Shown: positions 26,331-40,204, counted from the stretch's first letter. The stretch: 64,000 nt of DNA from Octopus sinensis (GCF_006345805.1 NC_042998.1:197470001-197534000); one strand, 5' to 3'. Program-made: numbers and translations. The notes: generated from the letters alone by a model not told the origin.

Positions 26331-26887
26331 AATTGATACTACTTTCTTGATACAGGAGGATCTCTGTTTAGTGTCAGTGGGAGAACTGCACAAATCCATG
26401 ATCACTGTGACTGCCAAAGGCAAGTGCTCTCTTTTGAACCTGTACTTTGCTAAGCTACAGTAATCTCATCCACTCTAACCATTTTTGCCATAACCACTCA
26501 CCTTTTAACAAATTCACAGGAAGAGAGGACATTCACCCTCACTTTCATTTCCAAGAGGAACTTAAATTCTACACCTAGTATTAGTTTGATTCTCTATCTC
26601 TCTATTGTAATGTCATGTCTTCAGTCTCTGGACAGGAGAGCATGTGTCCTTGAGTAACATACTTCATTTAAAACTGCTCTGGACTACTCAGGTGAAAATG
26701 TGTAGCAGTAGTAGCTGGGTGGATTAGAGATTTAACCTTACAACAAACTGGTAACCCATCCGTAGTGATTTATATGCTTCACTAACCAGGATAAGCCCTA
26801 GTCTGATGAGGCAGCAGCTTGAAACATAATTTTATTCTTTATCATGTGTGTGTGTGTGCACATGTATACATGTATATATTTCCCCTG

Positions 26888-28074
26888 AATACCCACTACA
26901 CTCTCGGAGTAGTTGGCGTTAGGAAGGGCATCCAGCTGTAGAAACTCTGCCAGATCAAGATTGGAGCCTGGTGTAGCCATCTGGTTCACCAGCCCTCAGT
27001 CAAAATCGTCCAACTCATGCTAGCATGGAAAGCAGACGTTAAACGATGATGATGATGATGATGATCTAAAGTTATGAATAACTTTTAAGTTGTGAACACT
27101 AATTACTGTCTATGTTCGTTACTTTGAAAATATTAAGAAAGGAAAATGTCATCACAACATTAAATCATGCCAAAGTCTTATTTAACATTCATTTCTCTGA
27201 TAAAAAAAATGGTCACAAAATCAATACCAGTCATGTATTTAGGTCAATTCTGTTGACATAGAGCCCTCTCTAAAATGCAGGGTTTTGTGCTAATGCAATT
27301 TATTATTCTAAACAATTCTATTTTTCTACACCAACTAATTATTTCCTCATTATTTCAATAAATACAGTGAAGTCTAAACTTTGCTGATGAAAACAGAATA
27401 AAGCTGAAACATGTTTAAAATTATCTTTCATATTCACTGGAAAATGAAAATAATATTTGTAATTGACTGTGATCGTTACCAAAGTCACCTTACTGGCACC
27501 TGTGCTGGTGGCATGTGTAAAAGGATTCGAGTGAGGTCATTGCCAGTACCACCTGACTGGCCCCTGTGCCAGTGGCATGTAAAAAGCACCCACTACACTC
27601 TCAGAGTGGTTGGCATTAGGAAGGGCATCCAGCTCTAGAAACTCTGCCAAATCAAGATTGGAGACTGGTGCAACCATCTGGTTCGCCAGCCCTTGGTCAA
27701 ATCGTCCAACCCATGCTAGCATGGAAAGCGGACGTTAAACGATGATGATGTATGTATTTATGCAGCATCCATGCCAGTGGTGCGTAAAAGACACCATTTT
27801 AGCGTGATCGTTACCAGAATCACCTTACTGGCACCTGTGCCGGTGGCATGTGTAAAAAGATTCGAGCGAGGTCGTTGCCAGTACTACCTGACTGGCCCCC
27901 GTGCCGGTGGCATGTAAAAGCATCCACTACACTCTCGGAGTGGTTGGCATTAGGAAGGGCATCCAGCTCTAGAAACTCTGCCAAATCAAGATTGGAGACT
28001 GGTGCAACCATCTGGTTCGCCAGCCCTTGGTCAAATCGTCCAACCCATGCTAGCATGGAAAGCGGACGTTAAAC

Positions 28075-28110
<36 letters not shown>
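26888..28110 (+). mobile_element. Cluster of three family A copies (26888-27063, 27470-27750, 27765-28110)
   Basis: Each ends ...CATGCTAGCATGGAAAGC(G/A)GACGTTAAACGATGATG. The last two are adjacent and share near-identical tails. Confidence 0.9.
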
Positions 28111-28113
<3 letters not shown>

Positions 28114-29579
28114 TTGACTAATATTTTTCTTCACCAGATATTTCTCGCTTACTAATCTCCGAAACCCTTCACTGACTTAGTCATCTCTAGTTATCTTTTT
28201 TAACATTTTTCTTATATTAAATTTTACCATTGGCACGAGGCCTCTATTAAATATATTATTAACTAATTTAACGAATTCATATACACGAAATGTAATCATC
28301 AAACTACTTGAATATCAATTTCACCAAACCTTAATGCCAAAAATGTATATGTAAAAAATATTTAGATGTTTCTCTCACATACACACTTACGTATACAAAC
28401 CATATAGATTACTCTATTTCTTACTCAATTATTTTCAGACACACACACATGCACAACACAAATATAAAACTGTTATTCATTAGCCTATCTCTTTCACTTT
28501 CATGTATACTTTCATATATACACATATATAAAACATACCTACATAGACATAGCTCTGTCTATTACATTTAACTATAATAACCCTTACATGCACACCTATA
28601 CAGGTATAACAACTACACCCATTACTCTAAACTTTTCACTATCTGCTCTTCCCTGTTTTATATCAGTTTTATCAGATCCCTTCAGAAATTGCACATCTGT
28701 TCTTTAATTTACCTCAGGGACTTTTGTAAGCCACAGGAAACTCATGACTAAGAAAAAGGCAAAGCAGCTGGGTACTTTTAGTTTTCAGGTAATTTTTAAA
28801 GAATTTATAAATAGGACCCGATGAGTAGCACACATCACCTATTTGGTGTGAAACTTGGCAGTTTGCAGATTTGTGTTATGTGTTACTCTGAGGATAATGA
28901 GAGTACAAGGGAGAGAGAGAGAGAGTGAGAGAGAAGTGAGGGCTAGTAGTTTATTTTTTTTTTTACATAGGTTGACTGAGGACAAGGAAAGGCAAGAGGA
29001 AAACTTGTAGCTTTTGTAAAGTCTGAAGATAAGGAAGGCAGGAAGAGTTGTTGAATATTTAAGTCTTACTGTTCTATCAATGTGAGATAAACAATGATTA
29101 AGGGATTATGTTAAATTACAGCAGGTTTAGTCATTTGATTTTACTGGGGTGGTGGAGTTGTTAAAGACATGCATATGGAGTTCCTGGAGGAGGTGGAGGA
29201 GAGCCCCTGCTTCTCATGTAAAAAATATTTTTTACAAATAGTTTTGTATGAGAGAAGAGAGAGATAGAGAATTGTAATAACTTAATATAATTAGGGTCCA
29301 GAGTCTGTAGATGTTGAAATGAGCAGAGATGATATCAATAGTAGGGAAAATAAGGGTTAGAGGACAAAAGACTTGGTGTGTGTGAGTGTTTGTGTGTTGT
29401 ATATTTGTGTTAATGTAAGGGAGTTCAGTATGTTAGAAGTAAAGGTATGTGTGTACCATGTAAAAGGTGAACCATTACTTAGGGCTGAATTCCATTCAAG
29501 CTCTAAAAGGGAAACATTTTATGAAGCAGTCTTAGCAATTATGGGTTGTCATAAACAGGTAGGAAGTTAGTTTTAGTTA

Positions 29580-29992
29580 TATATTTCTTTACTACCCACA
29601 AGGGGCCAAACAAAGAGAGGACAAACAAAGACAGACAAACGGATTAAGTTGATTATATCGACCCCCAGTGCATAACTGGTACTTAATTTATCGACCCGAA
29701 AGGATGAAAGGCCAAGTTGACCTTGGCGGAATTTGAACTCAGAACGTAACGTCAGACGAAATACCTATTTCTTTGCTACCCACAAGGGGCTAAACACAGA
29801 GAGGACAAACAAGGACAGACAAAGGGATTAAGTCGATTACATCGACCCCCAGTGCGTAACTGGTACTTATTTAATCGACCTCGAAAGGATGAAAGGCAAA
29901 GTCGACTGTGGCGAAATTTGAACTCACAACGTAACAAAATACGGCTACAGCATTTCGCCCGGCGTGCTAACGTTTCTGCCAGCTTGCCACCT
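29580..29992 (-). mobile_element. Family B SINE dimer
   Basis: Two units plus a head, with an imperfect flanking repeat AGTTA..TTTAGTTATA. Confidence 0.9.
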
Positions 29993-30267
29993 TAAGTTAC
30001 CTTTAGTTATAATAAATAGAAGAGCAATGTGGGGGTCGGGGTTCAAGAATTGTGAGTTTATATACTTTGAAGGAGTTTTATTGTTTGTGGGAGACAGGTT
30101 AATTATTTTAAAATTGCTTCAGGTCACCTTACAATTAGAAATAGATAACGGAATTTCAACAAAGAAGTTCACAGTAATGATCTCCTATAGGTAGATAGCT
30201 CTGATGATGAGAGGACAATAGATGTAGGATAAATATATAATCATCTCTTTTTTTAAATTTTCTAAAC

Positions 30268-30655
30268 AAGCTGGCCTTCGTGCCAGTGACACGTAAGAAG
30301 CACCATTCGAGTGTGGTCGTTACCGTGTTGCCTTACTAGCACTTGTGCTGGTGACATGTGAAACATTCGAGCGAGGTCGTCGCCAGTGCCGCTGGACTGG
30401 CTCCTGTGCAGGAGGCACATAAAAAGCACCATTTGGGCGTGGCCGTTTACCAGTACCACCAAACTGGCCCTCATGCAGGTGACACATAAAAGCACCCACA
30501 ACACTCTCGGAGTGGTTGGCGTTAGGATGGGCATCCAGCTGTAGAAACCCTGCCAGATCAGATTGGAGCCTGGTGCAGCCATCTGGTTTGCCAGCCCTCA
30601 GTGAAACCGTCCAACCCATGCCAGCATGGAAAGCGGACATCTAATGATGATTATG
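30268..30655 (+). mobile_element. Family A copy
   Basis: Modules plus the conserved tail. Confidence 0.88.
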
Positions 30656-32987
30656 ATATTGTTTTTAAATGTTTGTGAAATATGCAGTTGTTAACCCCAC
30701 ATCAATTCCTTCCATGACCCTCTTTTATCCAAAGATACAGTATCTATTACTACAATATCTAACGTGTCCTTTTTTTAAAGATAGTATAAGTGTGGTTCTA
30801 AGAGATTCAGTTGCTGTTTCTAACAAGTCAAACAACTGCATCTATCTTGGTGCTATTGAACAAGACTGGATTGTCAAGCAAGGCATGTACTGTCGAGGTG
30901 CAAATAAATGACATTAAATTTGTGCAATGTTTACTATCTGTGTCACGGCACCAGTGGACGTGATTAGACTGTCAAGTGAGAGGTGTATCATTTGTCTTAA
31001 GACTAGGTGTCTCTGGTTACAAAATGTTTTCTAGGTCACTGTTCACAAAGCTAAAGGGTCATTTAAAAGTTGCCTGTGGACAATCACTGGTAATGTTAAT
31101 GTATCATAGGAGTAAACTAGAAATGAATAGGTTAATTAATATTAGTATAATACTGAGAATATTCAAAAGCTAACTATAAATAAACATGCAGAATAAAAAA
31201 ACAACAAAACAATATTAGTCAATGACTTAATATTTTCTCAGCATTTATGCAGTCAACAGTGAGGATTTGAGGGGAAATCTATCAATATATGTAGTGAAGT
31301 AATGACCAATCAGAAAGCTTCTAGTTAAACACATTGTGGTACTGGGTTCCTTGTGGTTTCAACACTGGGTTATTTTGTTGTATTTATACTGTTTCATAAA
31401 GCTGTTCGATTCTCTCATGCCAAAAACAAGGCTATCTGTTAGAGCAATAAGTAGATTTTTTGACAACAAGGATGATAGCTGTTATATAACTTTATAGGGT
31501 TGACAATGGGCTTAACTATTAGAATGTTTATATAACCCTATGTAATTGGCAGTAGCATTAGAATAATTATATCACCTGATATTATTGAGAACGTGTTGTA
31601 AAGTTAACTTTGTAACTACAAGGTTTTGGTTCAATCACAATGAGTGGCATCTTGGGCAAGTGCCTTTTACTAAAGCCTTTGACTAACCAATGCCCTGTGA
31701 GTGAAATTTGGCAGATGGAAACTGTATAGAAGCCTATTCTCCATTTAGGTGTGAGCGTTTGTTTCCAAATGACTTCTGGAATAATAAATAGCTGAGTGGT
31801 TTCATCAGTTTAGACATGTGAGGACAATTGGAATAAAAATACCCTTACTTGAAATACAATTAAGGATTAGTGTGGGGGAACCAACAGCTGAAGGAACGGT
31901 GTATGTTGTTTTGAGCAGTTAAAGACAAATATAGGTCACTTGGATCACTTTGTAAAGGAAAGGATTAAAATCTTTCGCTGAGAATAATTGTAGAAGCACT
32001 GCCAGATCTGACTGGCCTGGTGCAGCCTTCGGGCTTCCCAGACCCCAGTTGAACCGTCCAACCCATGCTAGCATGGAAAGCAGACGTTAAATGATGATGA
32101 TGATGAATTTAGTACATCTGTAAATTTAGAGATTAACACCTTTACTTCAGAGAGTACCATTTGATACTTATGTAAATGAGGAAATTAACACTCACAACTA
32201 AAGACTATTAGTGAAATAGAAAGATAGACAGATACTTAAACAGAGAAGCAGACAGACTGTGACAAAAAAGACAGGAAATATGAAACCCAACGACTTTCAA
32301 CCCAGACCTCCTTTTTTGGACCAAGGTTTTTTATTTCTGTTACTCCTGATACCCAACAAAATGAGGGCAATTAAACAGGGCAATGAAAGAGTGTGTTCTG
32401 GTGCACATGTAAATTAAGAGATCAACAGCTATTAATAAGGGACAATAATCTGACATTCAGATAAGCAGAGAATCAACATTTGTTCCGAGTGCCCTTAGTG
32501 CTGGGTCAGATCTTCTGGTTAAAGGTAACTTCCTCCCTTCTTCTCACCATAACAGAGACCCCTGAAAAAGAGACAACTGTCGTCCTCTCCTCTTCAAAAT
32601 ACAAATAAGAATTGTCCTTTTGTTACCTTAGATAAATGAATTGTGCTCTCATCATCCAGTGATGTTAGGACCTAGCATTAGACAACAACAACAACAACAA
32701 CAGCTCCGAGGTGGGAGAGAGCTGGTTTCCATGGTTATGGCTAAGGCTAATAAATGATTCAACAACCATACTTAAATGTTTTGCTTTTTAATTTACTAAG
32801 CATGCAGACAAGATGGTGGTGGTGGCGGTGGTTGTGATAATGACTAGTAGTTATGGTAGTGATTGTTATAATTGTGATAATGACAATGATAATTGTATGG
32901 AAGTTGTAGGGGTGGTTATAGCAGAGATTCTTGTGGCCATATTAGTGATGATCATGTTGGCGCTGTTTAGCCCTAGGCTAGCCCTTT

Positions 32988-33213
32988 TCAAGCAGACTCT
33001 GATCTAAGCATTCTACTCGTACCAATCCCATTTATCCAATGTGCAGTGGAATCTAGGACCCCATCTTCCAATGCATCCCTTTCTAAAAAGCTAGATTTGC
33101 CTGCTGTTTCTAGTCGGCCGAACGCTCGCGTAGAGGCTCCCTCATTGGCTCGGTGGTGGAGGTGGTGGTTGTACGGAGACGGATGACACTCGTGGTTATA
33201 ACAGATTTCGTAA
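32988..33213 (-). other. Candidate exon of an unidentified minus-strand transcript
   Basis: Strong polypyrimidine tract and TTTAG| acceptor at 33214-33215. Unique sequence with two open frames (TKSVITTSVIRLRTTTT...ERSAD* or YEICYNHECHPSPYNHHLHH...ESA*). No homology recognised. Confidence 0.3.
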
Positions 33214-33682
33214 CTAAATGAGAGAAAGGAGGGGGTGAGATAGTAAAAGAGAGGAGGAACCTTAGTGTGAGGGGGGTGGAGAGGGAGAAGGTTGGTGAGA
33301 GGGGGAGGGGTGTATGTCGATAGAAAAAAACACAAAAACATATATGCATGTAAAGTTTAGACATGCACATATACACACGCAGCAGACGCATCGAGGAAGA
33401 CACTTTGATGCAATGTGTACACGTTCACGCGACTGCACATACCGATTCACACGCACGCACATACGCATACTTAGAGTTGGTGAGATAGAAAGATAGACAG
33501 ACAGACAGATAAATAAATGAAAGCAGAGGCAGACAGACAGACAGACAGTGACAAAAAAGACAGCAGATACGGAACCCAACCACTTTCAACTCAAGACCTC
33601 CTTTTTTGGACCAACGCAATGTGAAAAGCTATTTTCAGAGAGAATCTACTGACACACACACACACAGAGAGTTACATGCCAG

Positions 33683-33714
<32 letters not shown>

Positions 33715-34005
33715 TGTATGTATGTATGCGCGTCAGCCTGTTGAATGCAGGCATACACAGACATACGTGTGTGACTATAGATGTATGCATGTACATATAC
33801 GGATACATATGTCTATAGATCTATGAATAGGGGTCTATATACATACTTACACACACAAACCTACACATACACATATATAAAATTCACTATACATATACAT
33901 ACATACATATATATATATCATGTCTATACACAAATGCATGTATATGTACCTACATCTGTGTGTATACATAAGCATAAGCTTGCATATGAGCACGTATATA
34001 TATAT

Positions 34006-34037
<32 letters not shown>

Positions 34038-34223
34038 GATAGATAGATAGATAGATACTGTGTATGTGGTCGTAAATTCGATTTCGACTATAACCACTTG
34101 CTTTTTATTTCTGACATGAGCAAGGAATAAGTTTGCTAATTCTCTGCAATGGGTCCTCCTCAGGTGAGAAGCAAGCCCCAGTATTTAATTAATTATTATT
34201 ATTATTTTTTTTTTTTGCGGCAG

Positions 34224-34425
34224 ATGCAGCACGGAATTTGCCAACGATCTCATCAACAGAAGCTCCGCCTTTGTAAACTCGGCCAAATGGATTTTCAACC
34301 CACCAATAGATAGATGAGTACACCTTGGGATACAAAGGACAAAAAGCGCTTCAGCGCGGAGTTGATGGGACTGCAATGCATACAGACATTCCGTGTTGGT
34401 CCTCCAAACATGTGGCCTTTTATGG
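34224..34425 (+). other. Candidate exon (possible 5' UTR plus start MSTPWDTKDKKRFSAELMGLQCIQTFRVGPPNMWPFM)
   Basis: T-run...GCGGCAG| acceptor, ATGG|GTGAG donor, and an upstream CAG|GTGAGA donor at 34164 giving a 60-nt mini-intron. No homology recognised. Confidence 0.35.
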
Positions 34426-37359
34426 GTGAGGCATTATACGCATGCATGTACGCGCCCCCACTCGCACGCACACACAAATACACTGCTAAGGATGCGTTTG
34501 TTACGAATGTATATACAAAATCTATACAGGATTATGTAACTGGTCGCTGGTACTTATACACGCACGCACACACATACACACACGCTCAGAGTGTCTGCAT
34601 AAAAGCGTAAGTTAAGGCTAATACCCTTAATTGAATTTTGGTGGCACTGCATGGAAGAGATGGTTATCACCAGCTGCGGACCAAAGTTCTCAAAGCAACT
34701 CACAGCTGCTGCAACTCAAGTTGACTAAAACAGTAGCAGCATCATACTCTCCTACTGATAACAGTTAGGAGTTGCGCCACTTAAGTACTACAATTATTTA
34801 CCGGTTGGGTAGATCAAGCCACTTGTGAGTTGAATATTGTGCCCCTGGTGACGTGCAAGGCCAGGTTAGGGCCAACTCATGCCCTAAACATAGCCTTCCA
34901 CTGGTGCTTCTTCCATTATTTAGCTTTAAAGACTTCTTTAAGATATAATAAATACTGAATGTAAGGTTATAGATTAAGCATTCGATTTTGTTTCAGGTGT
35001 CCTCTAGGCCAGATCCCGAAACTATATCAAACATAACGGTTTTTCCAGGCGGTTCTTTTTTAAAATTTATTTAATACTAAATAACAGTAAATGAAATAAT
35101 ATAAATCTACTTATGACAAGAGCAACTTGCAAATGTTCAACCTTTTCAAGCAGGGCCCTATGACAACAACACCTTTTGCACCTGAAGTGAATCAGGCATT
35201 GGGAATAACTTTGGTGCTTCCATAATCTGTCGGGGCGTGTCTACTAGATATGAAGAGGAAAATTTATCAATCGGCAATTGCCATACCTTATCGACCAGCT
35301 GTGGTTCTTACAGTTTCCGCTCTTCCCACCACTGTGTTTATCTGTGTATCTTTTGTGCATTTTAGCAGTGGGGACGGCCATGGTTGAGATGTCGCTAGAC
35401 ACAAGTATGTATACACATACAAATGTCTGTGAAAAGGATGTGTATAAATAGCTGTTTCAACCACTCTGTTAATACTTTTGCTCACGCACACACATATCCC
35501 ATATCATATACATTGTGTGTGCGTGTGTGTGTGTGTGTGTCTATATTCCTGTAACAGCTGTATATACGTACATATATACACACACCTCTACATGCATTTC
35601 ACCCAACAATTATACACATTAATCTTCAAGTGGGGCATTATATATACATATATATATATAAATTAATAAATAAAACATATGCATATATACATACATATAT
35701 GTACGTACCTACCTCTACATGTATATATACATGCATATATGGGTACAGGACACCAAAAAAAATAATAAAACGTCGAACACAATGAGAAACGAAAACATAA
35801 ACACAAAACCAAGGAAATGGACATTTTTCTTAAACAAGAAAAAATAGAGTACAGGACATACAAAACAAGGACAATTCCCCTTCTTCTGTCGCCTTATATA
35901 TATACATATATATACACACATAATGCAAACATAAACATGTCATACACCATTGCATAACAGTTCTATCTCATGCAATTATGTCATAACTGAATGGATTCTA
36001 TACAAACGTGCCTAGTATTTAAAAAAATGGCATTTTACACACTTTCGTGGCACAATCTGTGCACAAATGATACATACACGTGACATTGTTGCACATTTAA
36101 TAGAATGTAAATAAAGGATTCTGAAAGCTAGGAAGGATGTATTAAGGGGTGGGGGGAAGAAAAAAGCCCCCCCATCTCGAGTAAGATGATTGATTTTATG
36201 GTGAAGAAGATGAAGTTGTGAATCTGGTATAAAAGAAAAAAAATCGGGCGTGAGTGTGTATTGAGAAGGAAATAGGTAAGAGAGAAGAAAATAGGCGTAT
36301 GCAGAGACAAAAAGAAGGCAAATTGATGAATGAACGGTAGGTAAATAGACATTAATGATAGAAAGATAGATGGATGGATGGATGAGGAAAAAAGAGGGAG
36401 TGAGTGAGTATGTTTACTTACTGGCATTGTCGACTGAAGTTATTGCACTTGTTGATGTTGCTGTAGTGTTGTTTTATTGCTATTTTCTTACTCTTCACGT
36501 TTTTTTTCTTCCCCTCTTCTCTCTATCCTTTTATCTTCCTCCGATCGATCGAGTGTATTTAGATAGATTGATAGATTGATAGATAGATACGTGTGCGTAC
36601 AGGTTGTTGTGTGTATCTGTGTCTTGGTACGAGTCTGTTCTGTGTCGACCTTCTGGGATGCTGACACTCGAATACCGATGGAACTCCGAACTGACACTGT
36701 TGAAATACGAGAGACAACTAACCAGTCCTTCCCCCCTTCTCCTTCTTTTTCCTTCTTCACCTCTTTCTTCTATACCCCCTCTCTCTCTCTCGTCTCTCTC
36801 TCTCACTTTATACCTGCTTCATCATTAGCCTCCCACTACTGCGCCACCATTTTTTCACGTCTTTTTTCCTTTAATATAGGTGAAGATGGTGAGAGAGAGA
36901 AAGAAGCGGGAAAAGAAAGACAGCTAAAGAGAGAAGAGAGAGATCAAGAGTAGAAGTTAAGAGAGAGAGAGAGAAAGAAAAAATTATACACACAAAGAGA
37001 AAAAGGACGAGGAAGATAAATGTTCATAAAGGTAAATAAGAGAGGGAGAGGGAGAGGGAGAGCGAGAGATGGAAGAAACACGGGAGTGGGAGGGGGAATA
37101 GAGCAGAGAGATGTAAGAAATATGAGAAAGAAAGAGAACGAAAAAGAAAGCAACAGAGAGGGAAAATAAGGAGAGAGAGAGAGAGAGAGAGAGAAAGGAA
37201 GAGAAAGAGAGGAGTGGGGGAAGGACGGCTGAGGTAATGCGAAGTGACAAGTAGTGAGGAGAGAGAGAGGGAGAGGGAGAGAGAGAGAGAGAGAGTCGGA
37301 GAAGGAAGGAAAATCAGGAAATCCCTCGTTACGAGTGTGGAAGGGGTGAGAAGGGGAGA

Positions 37360-37408
<49 letters not shown>

Positions 37409-37533
37409 TTACCTATTAATGTGTGTTTGTCTTTATGTATACGTAAAGGAAGGCGGAAACTTTCTCCTGCTGCTGTTGTGTGTGTGTGTGTGTTGGTGTG
37501 TGTGTGTGTGTGTACGTTTGTACACACGCATGC

Positions 37534-37566
<33 letters not shown>

Positions 37567-37577
37567 ATATGTATATA

Positions 37578-37708
37578 CAGGGTGTCCCCAAAAAGTGTAT
37601 ACACACCTTAAATAATTGTAAATTTGTTATTCTTTGTAAGCCTAGTACTTATTCTATCGTTCTCTTTTGCCGAACCACTATGTGTATACATTTTTTTGGG
37701 ACACCCTG
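37578..37708. mobile_element. Tc1/mariner-type MITE remnant
   Basis: TA|CAGGGTGTCCCCAAAAAGTGTATACAC ... GTGTATACATTTTTTTGGGACACCCTG|TA. The interior contains a family C fragment. Confidence 0.85.
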
Positions 37709-37728
37709 TATATATATATATATATATA

Positions 37729-37938
37729 CCGGAGTAAACACATAAATGTGAAACAAGGTGGGAAAAAAAAGAGTACTCAAATACCAGTGGTAGAGTAATA
37801 TGCTTTATTTAAAGCAGCAGAAAATTCAACAAAACCTGTTACTCTGAGTTTCCCGTTGCCGTTCATCGGACAGTTTTTGCTAGCAACGATAAAATCTGAG
37901 TAACAGGTTTTGTTGAATTTTCTGCTGCTTTAAATAAA

Positions 37939-37944
<6 letters not shown>
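37729..37944 (-). mobile_element. Fold-back element with a hammerhead-like motif (Penelope-like/retrozyme type), between (TA)n tracts
   Basis: 47-bp inverted repeat (37798-37844 / 37898-37944, 1 mismatch) that brackets a hammerhead-like core. Confidence 0.65.
37830..37879 (-). ncRNA. Minimal type I hammerhead ribozyme-like motif (variant core)
   Basis: Minus strand reads CAAAAACUGU-CCGAUGA-ACG GCAA CGG-GAAA-CUCAGAG-UA/ACAGGUUUUG. Stem I has 9 of 10 bp, stem II closes a GNRA loop, and the cleavage triplet is GUA. It deviates from the consensus at U4C and has an A.G opposition at 10.1-11.1. Confidence 0.55.
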
Positions 37945-37970
<26 letters not shown>

Positions 37971-37974
<4 letters not shown>

Positions 37975-38227
37975 TAATTAATTAAGGGTTCAGCAACGAT
38001 TTGCCTCACCACATACCGAATTTAGAAATAGCAGTCAAAAAGTTTTGGCTATTCTTTCTACTTTTTGACTGCTATTTCTAAATTCGGTATGTGGTGAGGC
38101 AAATCGTTGCTGAACCCTTAATTAATTAGTATTACTTAAACCTTCCTTGAATGGGTCTTTTACATACCGAACTCTACTTGGTGAAATTAATGATTATTCC
38201 TAAATTAATTAATTAATTTCACCCTAT

Positions 38228-38228
<1 letters not shown>
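37971..38228. mobile_element. Fold-back element: perfect 73-bp inverted repeat, 16-nt loop, one-sided tail, between (TA)n tracts
   Basis: 37971-38043 is the exact reverse complement of 38060-38132. Confidence 0.75.
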
Positions 38229-38276
<48 letters not shown>

Positions 38277-38522
38277 ATATATAGATAGATGATAGATAGA
38301 TAATAGATAGATAGATACATACATACATACATACATACACACACATGCAACATGTACATACATCTAAACACATACTGCTGGGATGAAAGTGGATGTTATT
38401 ATCCTCAGGCCAGAAACCGGTCCCGAATGCTTGCAAGAGTCAATCTGGACTCCACTAAAGTGACCAAGGGACCATGTGTTGATGATAAACTGAGTGACAG
38501 ATTGAGTCTACAACTCAATATA

Positions 38523-38556
<34 letters not shown>

Positions 38557-38970
38557 TGGGTACCTATGTGTGTGTGTGCAAGTAAATGCGTGTGCGTATG
38601 CGTGTTTCAGGAAATATACAAAGCACGAAACTTTAGAGTCGGCCACGAGAACTGACGAATGGTGGTGGTTCATTAACTCTAGGTCATACCAGATGGAGCA
38701 GACCTATGATCAAAGTTATTTCAGTCGCTCGCAACTACACCGTTTATTTAAGGGTACAATGGCAGCGTATAATTTAACGTGACCTTTCCCTTTTTACATG
38801 ATGGCAGGGTGTGATTTGAAGAAGATTTGGCTATCATTTCTGGATCGTGGAGGCGGTAGGAGAGCATAGTTTTGCCTGTTTGAGGTAAAGGTGGCGGCGT
38901 ATGGTGATTGACATAGTATGGTGTTGGCGGTAGTGTTTAACAGTGATAACGATGATGGTGGTGTGTATGT

Positions 38971-38973
<3 letters not shown>

Positions 38974-39047
<74 letters not shown>

Positions 39048-39066
39048 TAGATAGATAGATAGATCG

Positions 39067-39099
<33 letters not shown>

Positions 39100-39138
39100 T
39101 AGAGATAAATAGATAGATAGATAGATAGAGAGAGATAG

Positions 39139-39177
<39 letters not shown>

Positions 39178-39178
39178 G

Positions 39179-39223
<45 letters not shown>

Positions 39224-39242
39224 TAGAGATAGGGATAGATAG

Positions 39243-39291
<49 letters not shown>

Positions 39292-39324
39292 TAAATAGAT
39301 AGATAGATAGAGAGAGAGAGATAG

Positions 39325-39395
<71 letters not shown>
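38974..39395. repeat. Compound (AG)n/(AGAT)n microsatellite
   Basis: Directly visible. Confidence 0.97.
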
Positions 39396-39396
<1 letters not shown>

Positions 39397-40150
39397 AGCG
39401 GTAGTAGATATGGTATGCATATGTGGATAACAACTGTATTATATTTCGAAAACAGTGTGAACGACACGAACAGAACAGAACTTAAGGAATATGAATGGAT
39501 TTGCTGAAGGCGTGAGGTATATACGTGGGGTAGAGATGACGTTTAACTTCACATCAATGAGCGCAGTGTTTGGTCCAAACTACACCATTCTCTGCAAACT
39601 GAAATGAATTTTTGTACCGTGTGGAAGACGAGCGGTACACATTTTGGCATCCCCACGCCGCCGCCGCACATATCTAGCTACCTGCCTGCCTGCTTGTCTG
39701 TCAGTCTGTCAATGTACTTTGGTTTTGCATATTTTTTATATATTTACAGAACCGCAAATGCATATGTATTTTTGTCTACGTGTTATGCATGTATGTATGT
39801 ATATATATTTAGAGAGAGAGAGAGAGAGAGAGGGAAAAGAGTGAGAGAGAAGGGAGAAGAAAGAGAGGAGAGAGAGAGAGGGAAAAGTGTGAGAGAGAAG
39901 GGAGAAGAAAGAGAGAGAGAGAGGGAAAAGAGATACGTGTGTGTGTACACATGTATGTATGTATAGTTGTATTCTGTGTGTGATGTAAGAGCGAGTATTA
40001 CGCCATTGGAAAGGTAAAAGTCGAAAGGTATGGCGGCTGCTGCTAACATCACGAAGAGCCGTGCCTGAATTTGTATGCGCGCGCGCGCCTTTTTTATATA
40101 ATCTCCCTTTCTCCCTCTGACACACGCATACGTACATACACGCTCTCTCT

Positions 40151-40204
<54 letters not shown>

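Noticed and set aside
26805-26845. Hammerhead-like CTGATGA...GAAAC
   Set aside because: Stem II is poorly paired, and there is no stem III with a UH site and no stem I partner.
38380-38432. GAAACCGGTC (hammerhead 3' half)
   Set aside because: The only CUGANGA nearby is on the opposite strand, and there is no stem I complement.
38794-39467. ORFs of 176-208 aa rich in SLSL/SIYL
   Set aside because: Microsatellite artefacts. The same applies to 50531-51277 and the many (TA/CA)n ORFs.
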